Source: Gammaproteobacteria bacterium (lineage in GTDB: Bacteria > Pseudomonadota > Gammaproteobacteria > Eutrophobiales > Eutrophobiaceae). From it: a stretch of DNA of 64,000 nucleotides. Positions 26,219 to 35,862 of the stretch are shown one piece after another (position 1 is the first letter of the stretch; each line of letters opens with the position of its first letter). The position numbers were made by a program, and so were the translations under genes. Location: contig OZ220696.1 in the NCBI GenBank assembly GCA_965116495.1, positions 3,200,001 to 3,264,000 of the forward strand. Direction: 5' to 3'. Under the pieces are notes generated by a model. It saw nothing but the letters and a program-made list of their open reading frames with translations. It was not told the origin of the DNA and searched no databases.

Positions 26219-27106
26219 ATGAAAAGCGGTTACATTGACATAGTCTGCAACCTATATACGCCCCAGACCGTACAGGAGGGACGTACCGGTATTGACGATG
26301 AGTTCAAGCAGCAGGTGCGCATGCCCGGGGACATGCGGGATGGCGTGGGCATCGAGGACTATCTCGGGAAAATGGACCGGTCGAATATCGAACGATCCCT
26401 GCTGATTGCCGTGCGGGCAGGGGACCTGAGGGTGCGCGGGTCGTTTGAAGTGCCTTACGACTATGTGCACGAGGTCTGCCGGCAGTACCCGGAGCGGTTT
26501 TCCGGGCTTGCGGGTGTGGACCCGACACGGGGCATGCAGGGACTCAGGGACCTGGAGGTTGCGGTACGCGATTACGGATTTGTCGGCGCGCACTGGTATC
26601 CGCACTGGTTCGCAATGCCGCCTGACGCCGCCCGGATCTATCCTTATTACGCCAAGTGCTGTGAACTGGACATCCCGATCATGATGCAGGTCGGCCAGAA
26701 CCTGGTGTACAGCCGTGAGCGCCGCCTGCCGTCGGTCGGCAGGCCCATCCTGCTCGACCAGGTCGCGATCGATTTTCCCGAACTCAGGCTCATCGGCATT
26801 CACATCGGCGTACCCTGGACCGACGAAATGATCGCCATGTGCTGGAAGCATGACAACGTGTATACCGCCGGGGACGCCTATGCGCCGCGTTACTGGCCTG
26901 CCTCGTACCTGCATTACGCAAATTCATACGGCCGGCATAAAGTGATGTTCGGCACCGACTGGCCGGTCATCGACCCCGAGCGGAGCGTAAAAGAGGTTGC
27001 CGAACTCGATCTGAAAGCGGCATCCAGGCGCCTGTTGATGCGTGACAATGCCCTGCGGGTATTCCGCCTGCCGGGCCACGAAGACTTGCCGGCAGGGGAT
27101 GTATGA
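26219..27106 (+). CDS. Amidohydrolase_2 family protein (decarboxylase/hydratase-like)
   Basis: YPYYAKCCELDIP, DFPELRLIGIHIGVPW, KVMFGTDWP, NALRVF. Confidence 0.9.
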   Translation: MKSGYIDIVCNLYTPQTVQEGRTGIDDEFKQQVRMPGDMRDGVGIEDYLGKMDRSNIERSLLIAVRAGDLRVRGSFEVPYDYVHEVCRQYPERFSGLAGVDPTRGMQGLRDLEVAVRDYGFVGAHWYPHWFAMPPDAARIYPYYAKCCELDIPIMMQVGQNLVYSRERRLPSVGRPILLDQVAIDFPELRLIGIHIGVPWTDEMIAMCWKHDNVYTAGDAYAPRYWPASYLHYANSYGRHKVMFGTDWPVIDPERSVKEVAELDLKAASRRLLMRDNALRVFRLPGHEDLPAGDV

Positions 27107-28656
27107 GTATGGAGACGGTCGGCGCCGGCAGCAGTGAGTTGCCGCAACCGCATTCCCTGCCTTCACTGGCCGGCGGTATTCGAACCGCAATGCAGCGAAA
27201 CCCGTCGAAGACCGCATTGCAGGATTCGAACGGTACCCGCAGTTACCGGCAACTGGTTGAGCGGATCGACCGCATCACCCATAGATTCGTGCATGACCTC
27301 GCGCTGGGCATGCACGATCGCGTCGCGATTCTCGCAGGTAACTCGATCGAATATATCGAGGTAACCGTGGGCGCCTCGCAGGCGGGGGTTGCCCTTGCCA
27401 AAATCAATCCCCGGCTCAGTAACAAGGAAGTAATATCAATCTGTGACGATGCACAGGCGCGCGTCCTGTTTGTCGATGCCGGCAACGCGGAACGGGTGCG
27501 GGATTGCAGGTTTGCGAGTGTCGAACGCATCATCGGGTTCGGACCTGAACTCGAAAGCTGGATTGCCGGGTCAAACCCAACTCCGTCACCCGCGCAGGTC
27601 CCCGGGCGCAATGTCTTCATAATTCCCTATACCTCCGGGACCACCGGCCGTCCGAAAGGGGTAATGATCTCACACCAGGCGCGGCTTCTCCTGCTGTACG
27701 CCAAGGCAGTGGAGTATGGCTGCTTTTCGTCAGACGATCGCTTTTTGGCCATCACCCCGTTGTGCCATGGGGCAGGGATAACCTTCGCCCTGGCGCCGCT
27801 GTATTTCGGCGGTTTTACCCGGATAATGGAACGGTTCGACCCGGAGGCCGTACTGAAAGCGTGTACCGATGAACGCATCAGCGGTGTTTTCATGGTGCCC
27901 ACCCACTTTCACGGTATTTTTGCCCAGGAGGAACGGCTGCTGGCAAAATACCGGGATCACGGCCTGCAGACGATTATCTCGAACGCCGCGCCGCTGCCGC
28001 AGGCAACCAAGGAAAGAATCGTGGAGTATTTCGGTGACGGACTGCTGCACGAGTGTTACGGCTCCACCGAGGCCGGGATCGTTACCAACCTCCGGCCTGA
28101 GGACCAGTTGATAAAACAGAACTGCGTGGGCTTGCCGTTCACTTCCACGTTGGTGAAGATTGCCGATGAACAGGGCAACGAGTGCGCCGTGGACGAGGTC
28201 GGTGAATTATTTTCACAGAGCCCGTTCCTGTTTGATGGTTACCTGAACAATCCCGGGGAAACAGCCGATGCCCTTCGTGACGGCTGGGTGACGGTAGGCG
28301 ACCTGGCGCGCCGGGACCGCGAGGGCTATATCTACATTGCGGACCGGAAAAAAGACATGATTATATCCGGCGGGGTCAATATCTACCCGAGGGAGATTGA
28401 GAACGTACTCAATGACTATCCGGGCATAACCGAGGCAGGGGTGATAGGCGTACCCGACGCCAGGTGGGGGGAGCGTCTGAAAGCGTTTATTGTGGCCGAA
28501 CCGGGCGAACGCTTCGACTATGACAAGGTCGTTGATTATTGCGCGACCAGGCTGGCCCGCTTCAAGGTGCCGCGGGAATTTGAGGCCATAGACAAATTAC
28601 CCAGGAATACCACGGGGAAGTTATTGAAGCAGGCCTTGAGGGAAAGGGCTACCTAG
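27103..28656 (+). CDS. Acyl-CoA synthetase (AMP-forming)
   Basis: YTSGTTGRPKG, YGSTE, TVGDLA, DRKKDMIISGGVNIYPREIE, PRNTTGKL. Confidence 0.95.
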   Translation: MSMETVGAGSSELPQPHSLPSLAGGIRTAMQRNPSKTALQDSNGTRSYRQLVERIDRITHRFVHDLALGMHDRVAILAGNSIEYIEVTVGASQAGVALAKINPRLSNKEVISICDDAQARVLFVDAGNAERVRDCRFASVERIIGFGPELESWIAGSNPTPSPAQVPGRNVFIIPYTSGTTGRPKGVMISHQARLLLLYAKAVEYGCFSSDDRFLAITPLCHGAGITFALAPLYFGGFTRIMERFDPEAVLKACTDERISGVFMVPTHFHGIFAQEERLLAKYRDHGLQTIISNAAPLPQATKERIVEYFGDGLLHECYGSTEAGIVTNLRPEDQLIKQNCVGLPFTSTLVKIADEQGNECAVDEVGELFSQSPFLFDGYLNNPGETADALRDGWVTVGDLARRDREGYIYIADRKKDMIISGGVNIYPREIENVLNDYPGITEAGVIGVPDARWGERLKAFIVAEPGERFDYDKVVDYCATRLARFKVPREFEAIDKLPRNTTGKLLKQALRERAT

Positions 28657-28732
28657 CCCGGCATGCCGGGGTGTCCGGATGCCCGGCCTGGCCCAGTGTG
28701 CTGCCGGACAGGGGTCGAGCTCGGCGAGACGA

Positions 28733-31066
28733 TCAGTTTCGGCCCTGCGCAGTGCGGCGCAGCGCCGGCAATGTCCAGGGCACGCGCCACGGTGCGCGCA
28801 CGTAACGGTTCCCGTCAAGCTCATGTACGAGGTCGATAGCGCGCACCTGGGGATGGTCCATTAACGCGCCGAGTTCGGCAAACTCGACCGCCCAGACATT
28901 GCCGTAGCATTCTGCTATTTTCAGAACCTGCCGGGTCGTCAGCCTGCGGGTGTGCTTCTCCCACAGCGGTTTGGCCTGCCTGGCCAGGTACCCCAGGCCG
29001 AAGGTGTACCACCAGTTCTCGGCATAATCGGCGTTCTCTGCCAGTTCGTCGTACATACCGAGTTCCTGCAGCATGCTGAAAAAATCTTCCTTGCTCAGGT
29101 GGGGTGACGGACTCAGGTAGACGGTGCCGTCCCTGGTACGGTAGCCGTTGTGCGGACTGTCGGTCTCGTTGGTACAGTATGAATCACCCAGCCATTCGTC
29201 AGGGTTGCTCAGCGCGGCCCATTGCTGGCTGCGCAGGCTCATCATGGCGCCGAGCAGGCTGGTGGCGACGCGCTGGCCGCGGCCGGACCTTTCCCGGTGA
29301 TAAAGCGCCGCGAGCACGCCGATAAATGCGACTGAACCGGTACACGTGCCCACGATGTCCGCGCCGACACGCACCGGCGGTTCGCCAAGCTGGCCCAGCA
29401 GCCGCAGGTATCCGGTCATCGACTGGATGACGAGTTCACTGCCGGGGTGGTTGCGCAGCGGTCCCTTCTCACCAAATGGGCTGAGAGCCAGGTAGACCAG
29501 GCGCGGGTTTGCGCCGGCCAGCAGTTCATAACCGAGGTTGCGCTGCTCAGCGACATCCGGACCCCAGTCCTCGAGCAGGATATCGGCATGCGCACCCAGT
29601 TTCAGCAGTTCCTGTTGGCCGGAGGGGCTGTCCAGGTCCAGCACAATACTGTCCTTGTTGCGGTTGAAGGCTTCAAACAATGCGCTGTTTCCCGCTGGTG
29701 TTTGCGGCGCAAGCTGCCGCGCCCAGTCCCCGCCGGGCGGTTCAACCTTGATGACATCGGCGCCGGCCTCGGCCAGCAACAGGCCCAGGTACGGTCCGGC
29801 ATAGCCCTGGGTTGCGTCGATGACGCGCAGGCCCGTCAGGGGAGATGCGGTTTTCTCCGGACCAGCAGGGCGTTGTGCGGGTCGCGGGTCGCCGCTGAAA
29901 CCGCTGGTTAAAATCCGCTCCGTGTGTTCACCCGGCACCGCAACGCGGGGGTCGATCTGCGCCGGCGTCTCGCTGAACTGCCAGGGCACGCCGCCCAGGA
30001 ACATCGGGCCCATGTGAGGCGGATGCACGGTGGTGAGGAACTCGTTCTCCACCACCTGCTGGTGGTGCCGGATCTGTTCAAAGTCCAGGATAAACCCGTG
30101 CGGTACGCCTTCATTCTCAAAACGCACGACCCACCAGCGTTTCGGTTTCTCCCCGATTAACCCGTCCAGCAGCGCGGCCAGTTGTTCACGGTGTTCCACC
30201 CTGTTCGTATTCCCGCTAAAGCGCGGGTCTGTCAGCAAGTCCTCCCTGCCCGTGGCGCGGCACAGCCCCTGCCACTGCGCCTGGGTATCGCAGGCCACTG
30301 CAATGTATTCCCCATCCAGCGTCCGGAAACACTGGTTCGGCGCGCTGGCTGAAGAGGCGCTCCCCAGCAGTTCGGTCGGTTTGCCTGCCAGCAGCGTCTC
30401 CGCGACGCGGTTCATCTGCATGGCGATGCCCATGGCAAAGTGGCTGGTCTTCAGGTGGCACGCCGGCCCGAACCGCTCTCGCTGCAGCAAACCCAGTAAC
30501 GAAAGGCCGGCAACGACGGCGGATCCGGCGGGGTCCATGTGTACGAAACGCAGCATTTCCGGCGTGCCGCCGGGCGCACCGTTGAGACTGCCGAAGCCGC
30601 TGAAAGCCTGTACGTGGGGGTCCAGCGCGGCCCGGTCACGCATCGGCCCGACGTCGCCCCAGCTACTGCTGGATACGTACACCAGCCCCGGGTTCAATTC
30701 GTTGAGGGCAGCGTAACCGAGACCGATACGGTCCGACACGCCGGGGCGGAAATTCTCGATCAACACGTCCGCCTGTTGCGCGAGGCGCCGTACCGCTGCC
30801 AGGTGGTCGGGTTGCTTGATGTCCAGCTCGCTTGAAAGCTGGTGGGCATTGCTCGAGGTGTAGCAGGTAGACAGCCCTTTCTGCATGGGGTGCAGGAAAC
30901 GGATGAACTCACCCTTGGGACGCTCGACCTTGATTGCCTCGGCGCCCAGGTGCGCCAGCAGGGAGGCAGCCCACGGCCCGACGATTGACGTGCCGATATT
31001 CAATACCTTGATACCGGATAACGGCCCGGGTAGTTGATGGTCAATACTCTGCATCTGCACGCTCAT
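28733..31066 (-). CDS. Tandem (two-domain) CaiB/BaiF family III CoA transferase
   Basis: Two repeats: GPLSGIKVL...LGAEAIKVE...ENFRPG and SPLTGLRVID...AGADVIKVEPPGGD. ATG at 31066 preferred. Confidence 0.93.
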   Translation of the reverse strand: MSVQMQSIDHQLPGPLSGIKVLNIGTSIVGPWAASLLAHLGAEAIKVERPKGEFIRFLHPMQKGLSTCYTSSNAHQLSSELDIKQPDHLAAVRRLAQQADVLIENFRPGVSDRIGLGYAALNELNPGLVYVSSSSWGDVGPMRDRAALDPHVQAFSGFGSLNGAPGGTPEMLRFVHMDPAGSAVVAGLSLLGLLQRERFGPACHLKTSHFAMGIAMQMNRVAETLLAGKPTELLGSASSASAPNQCFRTLDGEYIAVACDTQAQWQGLCRATGREDLLTDPRFSGNTNRVEHREQLAALLDGLIGEKPKRWWVVRFENEGVPHGFILDFEQIRHHQQVVENEFLTTVHPPHMGPMFLGGVPWQFSETPAQIDPRVAVPGEHTERILTSGFSGDPRPAQRPAGPEKTASPLTGLRVIDATQGYAGPYLGLLLAEAGADVIKVEPPGGDWARQLAPQTPAGNSALFEAFNRNKDSIVLDLDSPSGQQELLKLGAHADILLEDWGPDVAEQRNLGYELLAGANPRLVYLALSPFGEKGPLRNHPGSELVIQSMTGYLRLLGQLGEPPVRVGADIVGTCTGSVAFIGVLAALYHRERSGRGQRVATSLLGAMMSLRSQQWAALSNPDEWLGDSYCTNETDSPHNGYRTRDGTVYLSPSPHLSKEDFFSMLQELGMYDELAENADYAENWWYTFGLGYLARQAKPLWEKHTRRLTTRQVLKIAECYGNVWAVEFAELGALMDHPQVRAIDLVHELDGNRYVRAPWRVPWTLPALRRTAQGRN

Positions 31067-31222
31067 GAATTTACCGAACTCGATTATATCCGTGTGCGGA
31101 TTTCGCGGTGGAATATTTCGCCTGCCGGAGCGAAGCACGGCAACTGCCGGGGCGGAACCATGGCTGCGAGGTTACCGGCCCGGGGCAACCTCACCTCGGG
31201 CTGTAACCTGTCAGGCGGTTGG

Positions 31223-33634
31223 TTAAAACCTGTAACTTATCCGTGCTCCGTATGCCGGTCTGGATATAAGAGCGCCGGCCGGCGCACGTCCGAAGAAACC
31301 GTTGAGCCCGGATAAATCAAACAGCAGAAAAAGCTGGCTGTATTCTTTCTCGTTAAAAATGTTGGTGCCGTAGAGTTCCAGGCGCCAGTTCTCATTTTCC
31401 ACGCCTGCCCGCAGGTTTACGATGTGTGACTCACCGGTCTTGGCAAGGTTGGCGGCAGACAGCCAGGTAGTGCCGCGAAACAGGTAATCGAGCCGGCCGA
31501 ACCAGTCGAGATCGGTGCTCATCAACTGGTCCGTAAAGGTCAGCGAGGCAGTGCCACTGTGTTCCGGATAACGTGAAAACTCGTTATCGGAGCCATTCAG
31601 GGCAGCCCGGTTCCCCAGCAATGCCAGGGCATCGCCGCTGGCCAGTTTCTTGATCTCCGTCTTGTTCCAGGAGTAGGTGGCATCAACAATGATGTTCTCT
31701 GACAGCAGCGCCGTCCCTTCGAACTCGATCCCGTATATGTTGGCATCGCCACCGCCGGTAACCGCCGATGCGAAGGCAGGCTCACCGGCATCCGTGATAT
31801 AGGCGATGCTCTCAGGTTGCTGGACGCTCTCCCAGTCGCCGTAATAGCCGGTCAGCGCAAACCGGGCGCGGCCGTCCGCCAGTGAGCCCTTCACGCCGAT
31901 CTCGTAGCTGGTCAGATCTTCTTCGTCCACCGAGGTATCTGCGCCGGTCTGGGTCCGGATCTGCGCCAGCTCCGCCTCGCTCAGGTTGATCAGGGCCAGG
32001 TTGAATATGCCGGGGCTGGTGCCTTCGGCATAGCTGGCGAACAGCATCATGCTGTCGGTCGGCTTCCACTGGAGGATGAAACGGGGATTGAGGCTCTTGA
32101 AGGTGTCATTCAACTCTTCCTTGGGAAACGACCTGTCGGCCGTGGTCCTGCCTTCGGTGATGTCATCTTCCTGGTAGCGCAGTTCTGCATTCAGCGTCAA
32201 TTGATCGGTGACGTCGAAGGCCAGGGAGCCGAACACTGCGATGGTCTCGGGTTCGTAGTTGAACAAGGGGACGCTGGTGATGGATGAAGGATTGGGCTGG
32301 AAGCCGGCCAGCCGGCTGAAGGTCATCAGCAATTGCTCGCGGTCGGAATAGGTGCCGCCGACCATCCAGCGTATGCGCTGGTCATCCGCTGAGGCTACCC
32401 GCACTTCCGCGTGGAAATCCTCCAGGTGCGTGGTGAGCATCTGGTACGCATTGGCGTCGCAGAGGAAACCGCCCGCGGCGGAACCATTGGGGCAGGTGCC
32501 GAAAATATTTCCTTCCAGTCCCCTGGTGGCGCGCCCGTCCACATCGCTGAGGCTGGCGTATTCGTCCTCGTGCCTGGCGATGATCGAGTGGAATGACATA
32601 CCGTTGTCAAATTCGTAGTCCAGGATCGCGGTCAATTCGTGTGCGTTGCGTTCCAGGCCGAAGCGGTCGGGAAGCTGGTCCACGATAAGATTGTCCTGGA
32701 CGATGGCCCTGTCAAAATCACCTCTTACCACGTCGTCATAAACACTGTCTTTTGCCAGTTCACCGGGATAGGGGAGCCTGCCACAGGTCCAGTCCCTTGG
32801 TCCCGGTCTGCAGTTTAATGCGTCCGGGTTATTATCAGGACCGTAGGCGACTGAAGCGCTGGGTCCGTCGCTGTCCTCCCAGAAATGCGCCCGCAGCTTC
32901 AGACTCAGCTTATCGTTCGGCGTGATGTACAGGGTGCCGGCGAAATCATCGGTGTCCCGCGAACCGAGCTTCTGGCCCGGGATGGCCGCATTCTTGAACT
33001 CACCATCCTTGGAGTAAGTGCTTGCGCTGAAGCGAAATGCTACCTTGTCCGGGATGACCGGCCCTTCCATCTGTGCCCGGAAGCGGTACATGTCGAAGCG
33101 GCCGCCTTCGGCGGAAAACTGCCCGTGCCATTCATTCCCGGGCGTCTTGGTCACCGCGTTGATGGCGCCGGAAAATGTTGAACGGCCGAAATAAGCGCTT
33201 TGCGGTCCCTTGATGACCTCAATACGTTCATAGTTTTCGGTGGCGCCGAGTTCGGAACCCAGGGTCGGGGCGCCGTCGATGAACAGGGTTGCGCTTTGCC
33301 GCGTCTGTATATCGGTACGCGGGTTCATCCCGCGGAACAGCAGGCGCCGGTGCGCACGCGCGCCGCTGCCCACCGATTGCTCTGCATAGTAGAAGCCGGG
33401 ACTGAACGCGACGATATCAACCAGGTGGTTTAATGCCATCGTCTCGATCTTGTCAGCGCTGAAAGCAGAGATCGACAACGGCACGTCCAGCAAGGATTCC
33501 TCCCGTTTACGGGCGGTGACGGTAATCTCTTCGAGCGCCAGCCCGTCCTGGGCATTGATTACGGGAACCTGGAAGACTGTTACGAGAACGCCAGCCATCA
33601 GAATTGTAGAGATCTTTGAAAAATTATCAGACAT
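31223..33634 (-). CDS. TonB-dependent receptor
   Basis: Signal peptide, LEEITVTARKREE, ERIEVIKGPQSAYFGR, C-terminal ISYRF. Confidence 0.95.
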   Translation of the reverse strand: MSDNFSKISTILMAGVLVTVFQVPVINAQDGLALEEITVTARKREESLLDVPLSISAFSADKIETMALNHLVDIVAFSPGFYYAEQSVGSGARAHRRLLFRGMNPRTDIQTRQSATLFIDGAPTLGSELGATENYERIEVIKGPQSAYFGRSTFSGAINAVTKTPGNEWHGQFSAEGGRFDMYRFRAQMEGPVIPDKVAFRFSASTYSKDGEFKNAAIPGQKLGSRDTDDFAGTLYITPNDKLSLKLRAHFWEDSDGPSASVAYGPDNNPDALNCRPGPRDWTCGRLPYPGELAKDSVYDDVVRGDFDRAIVQDNLIVDQLPDRFGLERNAHELTAILDYEFDNGMSFHSIIARHEDEYASLSDVDGRATRGLEGNIFGTCPNGSAAGGFLCDANAYQMLTTHLEDFHAEVRVASADDQRIRWMVGGTYSDREQLLMTFSRLAGFQPNPSSITSVPLFNYEPETIAVFGSLAFDVTDQLTLNAELRYQEDDITEGRTTADRSFPKEELNDTFKSLNPRFILQWKPTDSMMLFASYAEGTSPGIFNLALINLSEAELAQIRTQTGADTSVDEEDLTSYEIGVKGSLADGRARFALTGYYGDWESVQQPESIAYITDAGEPAFASAVTGGGDANIYGIEFEGTALLSENIIVDATYSWNKTEIKKLASGDALALLGNRAALNGSDNEFSRYPEHSGTASLTFTDQLMSTDLDWFGRLDYLFRGTTWLSAANLAKTGESHIVNLRAGVENENWRLELYGTNIFNEKEYSQLFLLFDLSGLNGFFGRAPAGALISRPAYGARISYRF

Positions 33635-33707
33635 GATTGGTATTCCCCCTTCAGTCTTCTTCTAACACAAGAAAACGTAGCAGGTATTTATCATTTTATC
33701 AACAAAT

Positions 33708-33742
33708 TTCATATACATATTGACATTATTCACGGATATGAA
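33708..33742. promoter_or_regulatory. Paired TTCATAT-N4-GAA-type boxes upstream of the TBDR
   Basis: TTCATAT-ACAT-ATT at 33708 (partial) and TTC-ACGG-ATATGAA at 33729, 21 bp apart. Confidence 0.55.
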
Positions 33743-33753
33743 TATTTGCCACT

Positions 33754-34377
33754 CTATTCCAGCGTGGAAAGGTACGCGGCAACGTCATTAATCTGCTCGT
33801 TGGTAGCAAGCAGATGCGCCATGCTGCGCATCTGCGCGCCGTATATATCCCGCGCGTGGGTCCCCCTGATCCCGGCTTTGAAATTGTTCATCTGCCGTAT
33901 GAAATACCAGTCGTGCTGCCTGGACAGGCGCGGGGCATTAAGCATTTTATTGCCTTCCCCGCTTGCGCCATGACAGGCTGCACACAGCAAATAGGCAGAC
34001 CTGCCCGCTTCGATATTTCCCTCAACCGTCCTGGGGGGCATCGGCGCCGGCAGGGTTGCAATATAGGCGGCGACATCTTCAATTGCCTGGTCGTCCGGCA
34101 GGACCAGCGTCGACAGCCTCATTTGCGCGCCGTGGATATCGTCCGGATGGGACCCGCGCATGCCGTCACGGAAGTTTTTCAACTGGCGGCTGATATACCA
34201 GGCGCTCTGTCCCGCGCTGACCGGGGCATTGAGCGCCTGGATGCCTTCACCACCCATGCCATGACAGGCGATGCAGGTTTGAAAGTGTTGCCTGCCCCGT
34301 TCCAGGTCCGCTTCTGCGTATGCCGTTGCCAGGTGCAGACAACTGGTGATAAGTATCGCGGTTAATAGTTTTTTCAT
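33754..34377 (-). CDS. Diheme cytochrome c (c4/c553-like)
   Basis: Signal peptide, CIACH and CAACH, two GAQMR axial-Met repeats. Confidence 0.93.
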   Translation of the reverse strand: MKKLLTAILITSCLHLATAYAEADLERGRQHFQTCIACHGMGGEGIQALNAPVSAGQSAWYISRQLKNFRDGMRGSHPDDIHGAQMRLSTLVLPDDQAIEDVAAYIATLPAPMPPRTVEGNIEAGRSAYLLCAACHGASGEGNKMLNAPRLSRQHDWYFIRQMNNFKAGIRGTHARDIYGAQMRSMAHLLATNEQINDVAAYLSTLE

Positions 34378-34422
34378 ATCTGGAGTTATATTTTTATTAC
34401 GGTCGAAATATTCGGTAAACAG

Positions 34423-35847
34423 TTACCCGGACCTCCGCGCTATGGCGTCGAGCTTTTCCTCGGTCAAGTCATAGGCGGCGATAAAAACGGAACTTAAGGC
34501 GATAAGCCCGGCCGGAATGAGTGCGAAGCAGAGGTAGATCCCAAAAATAGCGCTGTCCGGCTGGACCACGTCCTGGCCGCCGGTTGACGAGATATAACCC
34601 GTGGCGCTCAGGACCGCCCCCGTGATGGCCACGCCGATAGCGATGGCAAATTTTTCAATGGTCGTATAGACGCCGGCAAACAGCCCTTCCCGAGTCAGAC
34701 CCGTGCGACGGTGGTCGTACTCGGTCACATCCGGCAGCATCGACTGGCTAGCGAGCAGCACGGCGCCGGCGGTGACGCCGATAATCACCACCCGGAGGAA
34801 GAAGAAGGCAGGGTGTTCCGCTGCATCGGCCAGCATCCAGGTGGCTGAAACCACGGCATAGACCAGGGCCGTGTAGATATATGTTCGCCGCTTGCCGATC
34901 AGTTTGATGACTTTCAACCAGAACGGCTGGGAGATTAACAGGGCGGTGCCGTAGAAGAGAAAATACAGGCCCAGCCAGCGGTCCGACAAATCCAGCACGC
35001 GGCTGGTGAAGAAAGCAATGGTGCCCGTGTTCAGGGCAACGGTCATCAGCACGCAGGTCTTGGCCAGCAGGAGCATCATGAAAGGCCTGTTGGCGAGCGC
35101 CGATTTCACCCTTTCCCTGAACGGGTACCTGATTTTTGTCTGGAAAGAGCGGAACGGCGCCTTCCACGTCATCCAGAAGCAACTCAGCATGGTGACCAGG
35201 ACCAGCGATCCCAGGAACCACGACATCACTTCATGGCCGTGCCGCCCCCCGCCGTAGGCGACGATGATCATGGGACCCAGGAACCCGCCGAGGATATTTC
35301 CGATACCGATTGCCCCGGCCCGGTAGGAAAACAACTGTGAACGTTCCTGGTAGCTGCGCGTCATCTCTACCGGCATGGCCAGGTGGGCGACGTTAAAGAG
35401 CGTGTAGGCGGTGGCAAACAGGATCAGCAAGGCGCCCATGTAGAAAACCACCATCCGCTCCGAATCGAAAGCCGGCACGGAGAACAACAGGACAAACGTC
35501 AGCGCGCACAGTAATGCTCCCGCCAGAAGATAGGGCCGGCGCCGCCCCCAGCGGCTTTTTGTCCGGTCGCTGATGATCCCCATCACCGGGTCGGTCACCG
35601 CGTCATAAATCTTTGATACGGCAAACAGTAATGCCGCGGTACCCGCCGCGACGCCCAGGTGGTCGGTCATGAACCTCAGGATGAGGGACTTCGAAAACAG
35701 GAATATGGTGGTGCCGACACCGCCCAGGCCCCATCCCAGGCGCACCACCAACGGCAACCCCCCGGCGGGAGCTGTCACTGCAGCGTCGGGGCCGGCCTCT
35801 TGTTCCGGCGTACCGGGAGCATCAGGTTTCAGGGTGTTTTCTCCCAC
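34423..35847 (-). CDS. MFS transporter, GPH/MelB family
   Basis: YDAVTDPVMGIISDRTKSRWGRRRPY, REGLFAG. Paralog of 4896-6266. Confidence 0.92.
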   Translation of the reverse strand: MGENTLKPDAPGTPEQEAGPDAAVTAPAGGLPLVVRLGWGLGGVGTTIFLFSKSLILRFMTDHLGVAAGTAALLFAVSKIYDAVTDPVMGIISDRTKSRWGRRRPYLLAGALLCALTFVLLFSVPAFDSERMVVFYMGALLILFATAYTLFNVAHLAMPVEMTRSYQERSQLFSYRAGAIGIGNILGGFLGPMIIVAYGGGRHGHEVMSWFLGSLVLVTMLSCFWMTWKAPFRSFQTKIRYPFRERVKSALANRPFMMLLLAKTCVLMTVALNTGTIAFFTSRVLDLSDRWLGLYFLFYGTALLISQPFWLKVIKLIGKRRTYIYTALVYAVVSATWMLADAAEHPAFFFLRVVIIGVTAGAVLLASQSMLPDVTEYDHRRTGLTREGLFAGVYTTIEKFAIAIGVAITGAVLSATGYISSTGGQDVVQPDSAIFGIYLCFALIPAGLIALSSVFIAAYDLTEEKLDAIARRSG

Positions 35848-35862
35848 GACGTAGCGCCGTCG

